Notes under the pieces: generated by a model
What the model was told of the DNA's origin: nothing
Seen by the model: only the letters and a program-made list of their open reading frames with translations
Databases searched by the model: none
Translations under genes and position numbers: made by a program
IMG/VR virus record: IMGVR_UViG_3300043436_004687
Location: 186,001 to 250,000 of that record
Direction: 5' to 3' (one strand)
DNA length: 64,000 nucleotides
In this document: piece by piece, positions 38,873 through 48,715 of the stretch
Numbering within the stretch: position 1 is the stretch's first letter
Layout: each line of letters starts with the position of its first letter

Positions 38873-38905
38873 TAAAAAATATAATTAGTTATATTTATAA
38901 TATAT

Positions 38906-38976
38906 TGCGGTTTAGTGTAATTGGTAACATAACGGGCTCATAACCCGAAGTCGAGGTTCGAGTCCTCAATCCGCTA
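38906..38976 (+). tRNA. tRNA-Met(CAT), initiator-type
   Basis: Anticodon arm cggg-ctCATaa-cccg (three consecutive G-C pairs), T-loop gagg-TTCGAGT-cctc, D-loop TGG, unpaired 1:72; no encoded CCA. Confidence 0.88.
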
Positions 38977-39089
38977 CAAATCAAGGTTAATACCGAATTG
39001 GCATTGAGCATTAAAAAGCTTTAGAATTATCTTTAATGGTAATAAAAATGTTAGTTCAAAATAATAACAATTATTTAAATTAATTAAAA

Positions 39090-39917
39090 ATGAATCTAAA
39101 TTATGCCGCATCTAATAAGATGCCAGAAGCTTTTGTTGCAATAAACAAAAGCAGAATTAAATCGTATGATAATATACGACCAGAAACTTTAGTGTCTTAT
39201 CTATCAGATAAAACCGAATTTCAATTAGAATTGTTCAATCCAACTCAAGAAACAATTTTAGCAAAAATAAAAATAGATAATAAAAATATTTCACAAGGTG
39301 GTCTAATATTAAAACCTGGTGAAAGAATTTTTTTAGAACGTTATCTCGATATCCCTAATAAATTTTTATTTGAAACTTATGAAGTTGAGGGTGATAATTC
39401 ACAAGTTCAGGAAGCAATAAAAAATAATGGTGGTATATTAGTAGAATTTTTTAAGGAACAATATATTAATTCTAATTTTAATCATTTACCTTGGAAAAAT
39501 AATGGGTTTAATCCAATAGCACCTTATTATCAACCCTATAACACTAATGATTATTATTACAATAACACAACTAATTTTAATGTTTCTGACAATTATAACC
39601 TTACATCAAATTTAAATGCATCTGTGGGGTTTTCCAACCAATCTAATGACCTTAATTCAAGAAGATTAGTTAAAAGCAAAAAAACTATTGAGACTGGTAA
39701 GATAGAAGTAGGTGGTAGTTCTAATCAAAATTTTAAATCTGTTGACAAAGAATTTAGTTTTTTTTCGTTCCATAAAGTAAATTTAAGAATATTACCCTTA
39801 TCACATAAAATTTCGGATACTTCTGAAGTAGTTAAGGTTGCAAAGTACTGCACGTCTTGTGGGTATAAAGTTCACTATAAGGATAAATATTGTGGGCAAT
39901 GTGGTAATAAACTATAA
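39090..39917 (+). CDS. Hypothetical protein with C-terminal double zinc ribbon
   Basis: EFQLELFNP, GGLILKPGERIFLERY; ends YCTSCG...KYCGQCG. Confidence 0.75.
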   Translation: MNLNYAASNKMPEAFVAINKSRIKSYDNIRPETLVSYLSDKTEFQLELFNPTQETILAKIKIDNKNISQGGLILKPGERIFLERYLDIPNKFLFETYEVEGDNSQVQEAIKNNGGILVEFFKEQYINSNFNHLPWKNNGFNPIAPYYQPYNTNDYYYNNTTNFNVSDNYNLTSNLNASVGFSNQSNDLNSRRLVKSKKTIETGKIEVGGSSNQNFKSVDKEFSFFSFHKVNLRILPLSHKISDTSEVVKVAKYCTSCGYKVHYKDKYCGQCGNKL

Positions 39918-39956
39918 TGTTCTAAATTACAAATAAAATATAAACCTTGATATGTA

Positions 39957-39983
39957 AAATGGGATCTAAATTAGATCCCATTT
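39957..39983. terminator. Bidirectional terminator between convergent genes
   Basis: aaatgggatctaa-a-ttagatcccattt. Confidence 0.75.
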
Positions 39984-40614
39984 ATATTTTAAATAATTTA
40001 GACAAGTCTTTTAATACCCAATTAGGAATGTCATCTTCTGGTAAATTATCATTAGTTACCGAACCCTTAACCCATTCTGCAATATCACTTATTTCATTAA
40101 AATCAAAACCTAATTCTTTATCTATTTTTTTATTTAAATCTAAAAACTCTGGTTTGGTTTTAAATTCAGACCAAGTTTTACTTTGACCATTTTTAATGAC
40201 CCCCATTAAAAAAGACTTAATGATGGGATTTTTAATATTCTCAATAACATTTAAGTTTAAATGTCTGTTTTTGCTTTCTTGATGTTTATTATAATCAAAA
40301 TTAAAATGTTTGTCTAACTTATCTCTCATTTTAACGCCATCTGGAGTTAATGAAGATCTTTCTAAATTTTCATAACCATAAATCCCAGCAAGATGTTTCA
40401 TTATCATTTGCCCATATCCAAAACCTTTAATTTTAGTTTCTATGTTATCAATGTAAACTTTATTATCATATTTTGAAAAATCAGCATATGCTAATAATTC
40501 ATCTCCCTTGGTGAGGTAAATTACCATATAATCTTGACCTTTATAATGATCTTTCGATTCAATATTAAAAGTGAGTTTATCTTCTAATGCTTCTATTAAT
40601 AGTTTTCTAATCAT
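39982..40614 (-). CDS. GNAT-fold protein
   Basis: VYIDNIE...KGFGYGQMIMK.L (acetyl-CoA-binding motif A-like), LTPDG. Confidence 0.6.
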   Translation of the reverse strand: MIRKLLIEALEDKLTFNIESKDHYKGQDYMVIYLTKGDELLAYADFSKYDNKVYIDNIETKIKGFGYGQMIMKHLAGIYGYENLERSSLTPDGVKMRDKLDKHFNFDYNKHQESKNRHLNLNVIENIKNPIIKSFLMGVIKNGQSKTWSEFKTKPEFLDLNKKIDKELGFDFNEISDIAEWVKGSVTNDNLPEDDIPNWVLKDLSKLFKI

Positions 40615-41654
40615 GAATAATAACTATCATAAACTTCTCCTGTTAATCCGAAATCTATTATCACCAAATCATCTTCACCATTCCTTTTCACTATACCGTA
40701 ACTATTCAATTTACCAAAATCTCCAGGTCCATTACCAACATTCGATATAAAATCCATTATTAAACTTGTAAAATGATTCTCATTCAAATATTCAACTAAC
40801 TCTTTAGGTTGCCTATATAAGATTTGTTTACCCTTCTGATTACTCCAAAAATTAGATAAATATTCATACATATCCTTAATTTTACATTCAGCCAATCTTT
40901 CAAAATCACTATTATTGACTTTTTTAGCTAATTCCATTTCTACCCATAAAAATTCTGGGTGAAAATCAAATATCTTAGCTAATAAGTTATTGAAGTAAGT
41001 ATGTTGCCCATAATCAGCTTCAACTTCATTTTGTGCCAATCCCTTTTTATTCTTAGCTAATTTTAAAACTTTTTCATCATCTATTTTATAAACAATTCTA
41101 GAACTACCAGAAGAAATTCTAGTTAATTCTCTTTCACAATAATCAATTCTTTGGTTAAATGTGGTTAAACTTTTAAAATGTTCCATGTTAAAAGATTTTG
41201 GATAATCTTCAATTAAAACATTTTCATTTATATTTTTTTCGTGGTAAACAAAAGCGGTTATCTCATCTAAACCATTTAATATTGCATTGCTTATCCTATG
41301 ATGCCCATCAATGATAAAATAAAATTGATTATATTTAACTAATTCAGCGTTGGTATTAACATCTACCTTATCAGTTGATTTAAGGTTGTCTACTGCAACA
41401 TTTAATTGTGTTGGTACAATTAGTTTAACATTAACAGTTTCTTTCTTAAAACCTTTGCTATTGCGTTTTTCAATATCTTCAAAAGCATTTTTAGTTATCT
41501 TTAATATGGTTTCAATATCTGGGACCTCATTAAAGAATATTTTATCTGTTGGTATTTTAGGGTAAGTAGATTTATTAGCTAATTTTAAAGCATTTAAATC
41601 TTTCTTCGTTAAAACCTCATTTATTAATGAGTTATATATTTTACTTAACTTCAT
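40611..41654 (-). CDS. ParB/Srx-like domain fused to a protein-kinase-like domain
   Basis: IVPTQ...YFIIDGHHR (ParB-N), then SSGSSRIVY...VLKLA...QNEVE...GDFGKLNSYG...VIIDFG. Confidence 0.72.
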   Translation of the reverse strand: MKLSKIYNSLINEVLTKKDLNALKLANKSTYPKIPTDKIFFNEVPDIETILKITKNAFEDIEKRNSKGFKKETVNVKLIVPTQLNVAVDNLKSTDKVDVNTNAELVKYNQFYFIIDGHHRISNAILNGLDEITAFVYHEKNINENVLIEDYPKSFNMEHFKSLTTFNQRIDYCERELTRISSGSSRIVYKIDDEKVLKLAKNKKGLAQNEVEADYGQHTYFNNLLAKIFDFHPEFLWVEMELAKKVNNSDFERLAECKIKDMYEYLSNFWSNQKGKQILYRQPKELVEYLNENHFTSLIMDFISNVGNGPGDFGKLNSYGIVKRNGEDDLVIIDFGLTGEVYDSYYS

Positions 41655-41677
41655 TTTATCTATATAATAATAAATAT

Positions 41678-43372
41678 CTAATTTTCTAAATTTAATTCAA
41701 ATTTAAATAACCCACAATCCCATATTCTATCAAAACCTAATTCTATCATTAATTCCTTTTCAGTCTTGTTAAAATCTAAATCTGGGTATCTTTTTCTCAA
41801 AGCATTTTTCCCAAAACCAAATTTATGTAGTCTTTTGGATCTAGAAATGTTACTTTTAAAATATTTATAATCTGGTAATAAAGTTTTATTCAAACTAAAC
41901 CCTAATTTTGTATACATATTATCATTTTTATCTAAGACCCATCTAACATCGCCAAAGCTAATTATTTTATTGGGTTTATAATTATTTATAAAATATTTTA
42001 ATAATTTACCAGCAATCCCAACCACTTTATAATTTGTGTTTGTTGCAAATCTAGTTAAATCATAATGATTTTTATTATTTTTTAGATTAACCATACTCCT
42101 TTTATTATCAAAACTCATTACAGCAACTAATTCATCATTATAAATGGCTCCTAAATTTATATTAGAATTACTTTTCCCTTGGATATGATACAATTCTAAA
42201 AATATGTTTTTAGTTTCGTTATCAATTTCAATAATTTCACATTTTCTAGCACCAATTATTTTTGAATTATTTTTATTTATTAAATGTGATATTTTATTTA
42301 GAACCAATCCTTTGTTTTTAATCCATTCATCCTCAAATATGTGTATTAATTTATACCCATTTTCATTCATTAGTTTCGTTTTATTCAAATGGAAATTTTT
42401 ATCTTTACCCATTCTCTCAGTATGGTAATACAATCCATTAAATTCAATTCCTAATTTATGTTCTGGTAACAAAATATCAATCTCAATTCCATTTAATAAT
42501 TTTTTATCATTGATATTTATTTCGCAACCTAAATTAATTAAATATTCTTGAATAGTTTCTTGTGCTTTGGAAGTGAATTTATGTTCATGGTTTTTAAGAT
42601 TTTTATTATAACTATCTTGTAATTTTTTTCTACAACTATTGGAAACCATTTTACTGGAAGGATATCTTAACTTATATTCCATTACTCCAATATTATGTGT
42701 TTTTAAATGTTTGGTGTTTAAAAATTTCATTTTATAGCCACATATTTCACAAATTACATTATCTTCTTTAAGTGAATTTAATTTTTTATATTTGGGGTGA
42801 AATTTAATATCTTCTGGGAAGATATTCAAATAATCTATTATACTTACATTGTGGTTATTTTTCAAATGTACTTCAAAACAACCAGTTTTATTAGTTAGAT
42901 CTAAAGTTTCCCAATTACATAACTTACATTTTCTAGTTTCTTTTTTATCTATTTCGATTATGTCAATATATTCCTCATACCATTTTTTTCCGTGGGTATA
43001 TTCATATCTTTTTTTCGCATAAGTTGTTTTTGGATAATCAATATCACCATATGTTTTTAAAATATGGTCGGTTAAAATACCTTTTTCATTATTAATATCT
43101 TTGAATGTTATATCAGTTTTTTTACATTTTGCAATTAATTGTTTATCTTTTGATGAATAAACAATCATCCTAAATTCCTCAATTTCTTTGCTATTTAAAC
43201 CTCTATTAGCACCAGGTATTTTTATTTCTACATTATTTTTAAGTAAAATATTTTTAATTCTTAATAAACCTAATTTATGTTCCTTTGATATTATACTTTG
43301 TCTTTTTTTATCTTCAGTATATTTTTTTACTATTTCTTTTTCTTCTTCTAGTGTTACTGTTCTTCCTATCAT
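41678..43372 (-). CDS. Putative free-standing homing endonuclease (Zn fingers, PD-(D/E)XK/Vsr-like nuclease, GNAT-like tail)
   Basis: CKLC...H...H, CEICG...HL..H, EIDI......GIEFNGLYYH, IHIFEDEW, LTRFA...GIAGKLL, IWDCG; sits just downstream of the MCP gene. Confidence 0.75.
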   Translation of the reverse strand: MIGRTVTLEEEKEIVKKYTEDKKRQSIISKEHKLGLLRIKNILLKNNVEIKIPGANRGLNSKEIEEFRMIVYSSKDKQLIAKCKKTDITFKDINNEKGILTDHILKTYGDIDYPKTTYAKKRYEYTHGKKWYEEYIDIIEIDKKETRKCKLCNWETLDLTNKTGCFEVHLKNNHNVSIIDYLNIFPEDIKFHPKYKKLNSLKEDNVICEICGYKMKFLNTKHLKTHNIGVMEYKLRYPSSKMVSNSCRKKLQDSYNKNLKNHEHKFTSKAQETIQEYLINLGCEININDKKLLNGIEIDILLPEHKLGIEFNGLYYHTERMGKDKNFHLNKTKLMNENGYKLIHIFEDEWIKNKGLVLNKISHLINKNNSKIIGARKCEIIEIDNETKNIFLELYHIQGKSNSNINLGAIYNDELVAVMSFDNKRSMVNLKNNKNHYDLTRFATNTNYKVVGIAGKLLKYFINNYKPNKIISFGDVRWVLDKNDNMYTKLGFSLNKTLLPDYKYFKSNISRSKRLHKFGFGKNALRKRYPDLDFNKTEKELMIELGFDRIWDCGLFKFELNLEN

Positions 43373-43387
43373 AATTATTAATTTGTA

Positions 43388-43395
43388 CAAATATA
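43388..43395 (-). promoter_or_regulatory. Bacteroidota-type -7 element for the endonuclease gene
   Basis: caaatata on + = TATATTTG on -, 15 nt upstream of ATG 43372. Confidence 0.6.
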
Positions 43396-43462
43396 TTGAT
43401 AATTACTTTATAATCCTAATTAATTATATTAATTTTTTGGAAGATAAGGGTAGCCATAAATA

Positions 43463-43491
43463 AAAATGCGATAACTTAGTTATCGCATTTT
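43463..43491 (-). terminator. Terminator of the MCP transcript
   Basis: aaaatgcgataact-t-agttatcgcatttt. Confidence 0.85.
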
Positions 43492-43514
43492 AAATCAATT
43501 ATTTATAAATATTA

Positions 43515-45269
43515 TTATCTTAATTCTTTCAAATCAAAAGTAACAATACCATCTACATTTACAACACCATAGAATCTATTATTAACCAATTTACTTGCGT
43601 AACGTGTCATAATACCTTTAACATTTGAGAAATTCATGAAATTTGTCATTGTTGGAGTTAATTGTAAAGGAACGTAAGGAGCATAGATATAACCAGTATC
43701 TAATAAAGATTTACCTTTATGACCTATAATCATTGATCCCGCAGGAGAATAAGGGTCAGAGTATACTTGGTATCTACCAGCTAATGAACCTACTTTTTCA
43801 ATACCCATGTTAAATGTATCTTGCTCAGCAGATGCATCACTTACGTGGAAGTATTCTAAGTCATTGAAGATAGCTGCGATTTCAGAAGAAACTACAAGGA
43901 AGTTTGCACCACCTCTAAGAGTTGACTTGTGAATTTGAGCAGAAATCTGATTTACTTTAGTAATTAAAGTTTGATTCCAGTCTTTTTGAGTATAAGCATT
44001 ACTAGCTTGAGCAGTCTTTCTCCAACCATTGTAATCCCATCTCAATTGCCAAGCAGCACCTTTTCTAAGGTCTTTAAGAACCTCTCTATCAATTTCAGCA
44101 GCAACTTGTTCTGACAACATAGCTGTCAATTCTGCTTCTGCATCGATATTATGGAAAGCACTAACGTCTTGAGCAAGCTCTGGAGACCATGTAGCTCTTA
44201 ATTTTCTTTCAACAACTGATACAACAATATCTTCTAATTTGAAAGACACTTCACCCATTTCAGATTCATTCTCAAGTGTTGCGTATCTTGCCCAAGATGC
44301 TACGAATGTAGTATTTGAAGCAGTGAATGCAGATGCACCGATATAACCGTCATAAGTTTGAGTACCGTTAGCAGCAGATGGTTGAGATAAATCTAAATCT
44401 AAATACATTACACCATTAGCATCACAAATATCGTCGTATTGAACAAGTCCTTTACCGTATTTTTGAGTTACTACTCTAAATGGTACTTCAGCATTAGCCG
44501 CTACAAGAACATTTCCATTTGGATCTGTGATGTTAGCACCACCATTTTTAACTATTTTCAAAGAAGCTAAGAAAGCTTCTGAATCCATTTCATTACCATC
44601 TGGACCAGTCAATCTACCTTTATTAGTAGAAGAGAAACCTTCAACGGCAATCATTACGTTTCTTACTGTACCATCAGTAGATGCTTTCAATGTAACCCCA
44701 GCAGCGCTAGTAAAAGTACCATCAGTACCTAAAGCTACTGGTTTAGCAGTACCAGCTACAATTGTGATTTCACCTTTTGATTGGTCAAATAAACCATCAT
44801 TATAATAAATATCGTAAAGATTTTTAGCGTTGAATGTAGTTGTAGTACATGCACTTGATACACAATCTGGCAATGCTCTAGACATTGAAGTATGTGATTG
44901 AGTTACATTTCCTGAACCGTCAGTTCCAGCTACTCTATTAGATATTACTGGAACGAAGAAGAACATTTTACCAATAGGCATGTTCATCGCTTGTACTGAT
45001 ACAATTTCATTAGCCAATAATTTAGAGAAAACTCTACGTACAATTGGGAATACAACAGTCTCAAAAGAACCTGAACTATCAGCAGTTGTTGATTCGTTCA
45101 TCAAGAAAGACGCTTGATTCTCAAAAATTTGTGCAATGTTTTCTTTTACGTGACCTTTAAGACCATCTAAGAATCCTAAGCTATCCCATCTGTTTTGAAC
45201 AGCTTCACGGATAGTTTTATTGTGATTATAGGCAATATTACCTACTTGACCACTAGTTAATAAACTCAT
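43515..45269 (-). CDS. Major capsid protein (T4 gp23-like)
   Basis: VRRVF..L.A.EIVSVQ.M..P.G, RKLRATWSPELAQD...H.IDAEAEL...LSEQVAAEIDRE, YAPYVPL, GIMTRY. Confidence 0.97.
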   Translation of the reverse strand: MSLLTSGQVGNIAYNHNKTIREAVQNRWDSLGFLDGLKGHVKENIAQIFENQASFLMNESTTADSSGSFETVVFPIVRRVFSKLLANEIVSVQAMNMPIGKMFFFVPVISNRVAGTDGSGNVTQSHTSMSRALPDCVSSACTTTTFNAKNLYDIYYNDGLFDQSKGEITIVAGTAKPVALGTDGTFTSAAGVTLKASTDGTVRNVMIAVEGFSSTNKGRLTGPDGNEMDSEAFLASLKIVKNGGANITDPNGNVLVAANAEVPFRVVTQKYGKGLVQYDDICDANGVMYLDLDLSQPSAANGTQTYDGYIGASAFTASNTTFVASWARYATLENESEMGEVSFKLEDIVVSVVERKLRATWSPELAQDVSAFHNIDAEAELTAMLSEQVAAEIDREVLKDLRKGAAWQLRWDYNGWRKTAQASNAYTQKDWNQTLITKVNQISAQIHKSTLRGGANFLVVSSEIAAIFNDLEYFHVSDASAEQDTFNMGIEKVGSLAGRYQVYSDPYSPAGSMIIGHKGKSLLDTGYIYAPYVPLQLTPTMTNFMNFSNVKGIMTRYASKLVNNRFYGVVNVDGIVTFDLKELR

Positions 45270-45287
45270 ATTAATTTGTTTTAGTTT

Positions 45288-46754
45288 TTAGTTGTTAGAA
45301 CGATTTTCCATCTTATTAATAAGATCTTTATATCGTGATAATTCTGGACTTACATAAGCAGTAGATTCATTTAAATGACTTGTTGAACTGGCTGATGCTT
45401 CCTTATTTATTTTATTTTCTACTGCTTCTTTAATTGGGGTCTTGCTACCTAATTCTTTACCAATAGATTTGTATAGTGCTTTTGATTCTTCAATTGTTTT
45501 AGCTTCATTATCAAAACGCTCTAATATGTTTAATTTTTCTGTTGATGTTGTAGAATTCTCTAAAAATAATTTAGTTGCATAAGTTAAATTTTGGTTGAAT
45601 ACAACAGTTTCACCTAACGCATGTCTAAATTTTGATAAAGCTTTTTTAAATTCTTCTATCAAATCATCTTTCTTTTTTGTTTCAGCTAATAAATCAATAT
45701 ATCTTTGATTAGCTTCATCAACTGATTTTGCACCAGGGCCTTTAATCGGTGTTGCTTTACCAGGAACTCTTCTTGCTTGAGCATTCCCAACTGGAATACT
45801 TTCTTCAATAGCTTCTTCCTCATCATCACTTTCACCCATTACCATTGGACCTTCTGCTTTTGCATGTGGTGTTTTATTAGGAAATGCAGTCTCAACATCT
45901 TTTTCAACATCTGTACTTTCAGGTGCTTTAGTACCCTCAATATCTCCTGTTTCCATAGAAGTGTTTTGTAATTCCTTATCATGACCTTTACCTCTAACTA
46001 TATCTTCGGCAAGTTCATCATCATCACTCATTGCAATTTCAAATACAATACTTTCACCTAATTCATCATCATCATCTTCTTCTGAATCCAAATCTAACTC
46101 AGTTGAGTCATCTTCAATTGGAGTTTCATCATCTAAATCTGCTTCAACCTCAGTTGAATCAGCATCTAATCCACCAACTTCTGCATCTAAATCAGATGCT
46201 GCAACCGTAGGTGCCGCTGGTAAAATTGGTGCAACTGTAGGTGCTCCTTCCCCAAATTTAACATTATATTCAGAACCGCTAATAGGATCTTTAATTTTTA
46301 CCTCATTTGGTGAAACAACTTCAATTTCATCGTTATTTGCTAATTTTTTGTAAACAGATATCACATTTTCATCAGACTCACCAGTTAAATCAAATTCATA
46401 GTCTTCACTACCTTCTGCATCATAGTCCTCGCTACCTTCTGCATCTAAATCTAACTCACCAGCTTCTGCATCTAAATCATCTGCTGGTAATTCATTGTTT
46501 ACTGAATCATCAGTTGCACCTAAATCGTCAACTTCTGTTTCATCACCAATTTCTGTTTCGTCATCAACTTCTGTTTCATCTTCAACATCAGTCTCGTCAT
46601 ACATGTCTTCATTAATAGACTCTTTCACTACACTTTCAATTTCTTCTCTAGCTACGCTACGAAGTATTTCTTTTGTGTTTGTTGATATAGCTTCTTGGAT
46701 TAACTCATAATCCGCCATTGCTTCTTCAACTATCGACTTTTTTGTTTCGGTCAT
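45288..46754 (-). CDS. Prohead core/scaffolding protein
   Basis: Highly acidic low-complexity protein between protease and MCP, with many (I/L)xE motifs and a C-terminal coiled coil. Confidence 0.8.
   Translation of the reverse strand: MTETKKSIVEEAMADYELIQEAISTNTKEILRSVAREEIESVVKESINEDMYDETDVEDETEVDDETEIGDETEVDDLGATDDSVNNELPADDLDAEAGELDLDAEGSEDYDAEGSEDYEFDLTGESDENVISVYKKLANNDEIEVVSPNEVKIKDPISGSEYNVKFGEGAPTVAPILPAAPTVAASDLDAEVGGLDADSTEVEADLDDETPIEDDSTELDLDSEEDDDDELGESIVFEIAMSDDDELAEDIVRGKGHDKELQNTSMETGDIEGTKAPESTDVEKDVETAFPNKTPHAKAEGPMVMGESDDEEEAIEESIPVGNAQARRVPGKATPIKGPGAKSVDEANQRYIDLLAETKKKDDLIEEFKKALSKFRHALGETVVFNQNLTYATKLFLENSTTSTEKLNILERFDNEAKTIEESKALYKSIGKELGSKTPIKEAVENKINKEASASSTSHLNESTAYVSPELSRYKDLINKMENRSNN
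46396..46443 (-). repeat. 24-nt tandem duplication in the scaffold gene (AEGSEDY x2)
   Basis: tcatagtcttcactaccttctgca / tcatagtcctcgctaccttctgca. Confidence 0.85.
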
Positions 46755-46853
46755 TTTATTATATTTGTTTTTATTTTATTTTTAAGAAAACCTCTATTTC
46801 CTAATAAATATGTTATTATTTATAAAAAAACTTTATTTTTTAAAAAAATATTT

Positions 46854-47582
46854 TTAATTGATTAAAAAATTATTTAATTTATCAATTAATAATGATTTTT
46901 GTTTAACCTCTGATTCCATAAATGGAGTTGCTTCTTGTTGATTTGAAAACATATATGAACCAGGTGTACTAGGACTAGTAACAATATCCCAACAAATTAG
47001 CTCAAAATCTTCTTGTACCATTAATTTACCGTTTCTTTCATCTAAAGAACCAACACCCCTTGAAGAAACCCCAACTCTTATCCCTTTTCTTAAATAATTG
47101 GCTATCCTATCTCCTTCACATGATATAATACCTAAATTTATAAATCCTGGGCTCATTATAATTTCTATTTCCCCAACAAGTGTCTGACCCTCCCACCAAA
47201 TTTTTTTGATTTCGTGTGAAATTCTAGTGTTTGATATGATACTAGAATCTGGGTGATCTGATTCACCTAATGCACTTCTGGCTTCAATTAATTTTTGATA
47301 ATTGTTAGCTTCACGCATTAAAATATGTTTTGGGTATATTCGACCATTTTTATTAACCACATCATATTTTTGTAGAATAACAAATAATACTAACGGTTCT
47401 ACCATTACTTTTCCAACAGATGCTGCGTTTTCACCTAACTTCTGTATTTCACTAATAAATGGTTTATTTCGCAAGTCGTGCGGATCTATAAATCCAGAAT
47501 CACTTTCAATTAAAATACCATAACCAGTTTCATTCTTTTTTAAATATTTTAAACCAGAATTATATTTTTCGTTAATCGACAT
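46854..47582 (-). CDS. Prohead protease (T4 gp21-like)
   Basis: NKNGRIYP, ALGESDHP, SHEI, GVSSRGVGS, WDIV.SPSTPG. Confidence 0.95.
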   Translation of the reverse strand: MSINEKYNSGLKYLKKNETGYGILIESDSGFIDPHDLRNKPFISEIQKLGENAASVGKVMVEPLVLFVILQKYDVVNKNGRIYPKHILMREANNYQKLIEARSALGESDHPDSSIISNTRISHEIKKIWWEGQTLVGEIEIIMSPGFINLGIISCEGDRIANYLRKGIRVGVSSRGVGSLDERNGKLMVQEDFELICWDIVTSPSTPGSYMFSNQQEATPFMESEVKQKSLLIDKLNNFLIN

Positions 47583-47620
47583 ATATTTACTTTCCTAATA
47601 AATATAATTTTAAAATAAAA

Positions 47621-47648
47621 AAACCCTAATCATGGTAGATTAGGGTTT
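47621..47648 (-). terminator. Intrinsic terminator
   Basis: aaaccctaatc-atggta-gattagggttt with an A run on its left (U tail on the minus strand). Confidence 0.8.
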
Positions 47649-47704
47649 ATTTAATTAAAGCACATATAACGCTTGCAATTAAAAATAACACAAAAATTAT
47701 TTTT

Positions 47705-48163
47705 TTAGTCTTTAGTTTTATGGAATTTGAAGTATTGGTTTTTGTTGAATATTTCATTTATTAAGTCTTTTATTATTTCAGTCAATTCTAATTTCATAAA
47801 TTCTGAATCGATTAAATTGTTATTAATTTGAAATAAGGTTATTTGACAATTCATAAAACTTCTTCTAACAGAAGAAATGCCAGATTCTCTAATATCCAAA
47901 TCTACTATAGTCAAATCATTATAAAATTCATTTTGATTAAGATTATTAAATAAATTACTTCTAATCGATTTATCTAATTTTCTAATTATCTGACCATAAT
48001 TGAAATCTGAATCATAATTTAATACTTCTAACCAAGAATTCATTTTTATGTACACAGCAACTGGGTTTTTCGCATCCACGGTGCCAATTGAAGTTGTAAA
48101 ACTTTTAGAAATTTCTAATTTAATTTCTTTACCTCTAGCAATTTTATTCATATTTATTTTCAT
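47705..48163 (-). CDS. Hypothetical protein
   Basis: 152-aa ORF (IVDLDIRESGI). Confidence 0.7.
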   Translation of the reverse strand: MKINMNKIARGKEIKLEISKSFTTSIGTVDAKNPVAVYIKMNSWLEVLNYDSDFNYGQIIRKLDKSIRSNLFNNLNQNEFYNDLTIVDLDIRESGISSVRRSFMNCQITLFQINNNLIDSEFMKLELTEIIKDLINEIFNKNQYFKFHKTKD

Positions 48164-48203
48164 TTATTACAATATAAGTAAAAATAAAATAGAAGTCAAA
48201 TAT

Positions 48204-48707
48204 TTAATGGCTAAATTGTTTAAAATTTGAAAGAATTTTTTGAGTTATTCTTGGTTTTTTTAATAATTCCTTATTTGGTGTAATGATACAATATAAATAA
48301 CTTTCTTCTTTGGCCACTAAATAATGTTTTTGGTTTTTATTTATTGTGAACGTTTGCCCAGCTTTAAATAATTCACCAGTAATTTTGTTTAAAATAGTTC
48401 CCTTTATAACCCTATTTAACTCATATTCATTTTTATGCTCATGAGGTAATATGAAACCATCTTTTTTGTAGACAGCTAATAGTGAAGAATAGTCTTTATT
48501 TAAATCTAAACCTAAGACACTAACACCACTACCTAATTTTTCTGGTAAATCAGACCATTTATTTGAAATAAATAACAATTCTGGGATTGTTACGTCTGGA
48601 AAATTATCTGAAAAATTAATTAACTTTGTTTTTATACTATCCAAAGAATTTTTAGCTAGTATGAAAGTGTCGTTTTTGTAGTTAAAAATTTTACTAAATA
48701 AACTCAT
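48204..48707 (-). CDS. Cupin-domain protein
   Basis: LPHEH...E...VIKG, F.AGQ...I.....H. Confidence 0.8.
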   Translation of the reverse strand: MSLFSKIFNYKNDTFILAKNSLDSIKTKLINFSDNFPDVTIPELLFISNKWSDLPEKLGSGVSVLGLDLNKDYSSLLAVYKKDGFILPHEHKNEYELNRVIKGTILNKITGELFKAGQTFTINKNQKHYLVAKEESYLYCIITPNKELLKKPRITQKILSNFKQFSH

Positions 48708-48715
48708 TTTAATAG

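Noticed and set aside
39947-40186. 79-aa plus-strand ORF after the Zn-ribbon gene
   Set aside because: It spans a terminator and lies antisense to the GNAT-like gene.
45288-46754. Acidic tandem repeats in the scaffold (and the similar acidic portal tail) as an independent element
   Set aside because: Low-complexity acidic linkers are expected in head-assembly proteins of T4-like phages.
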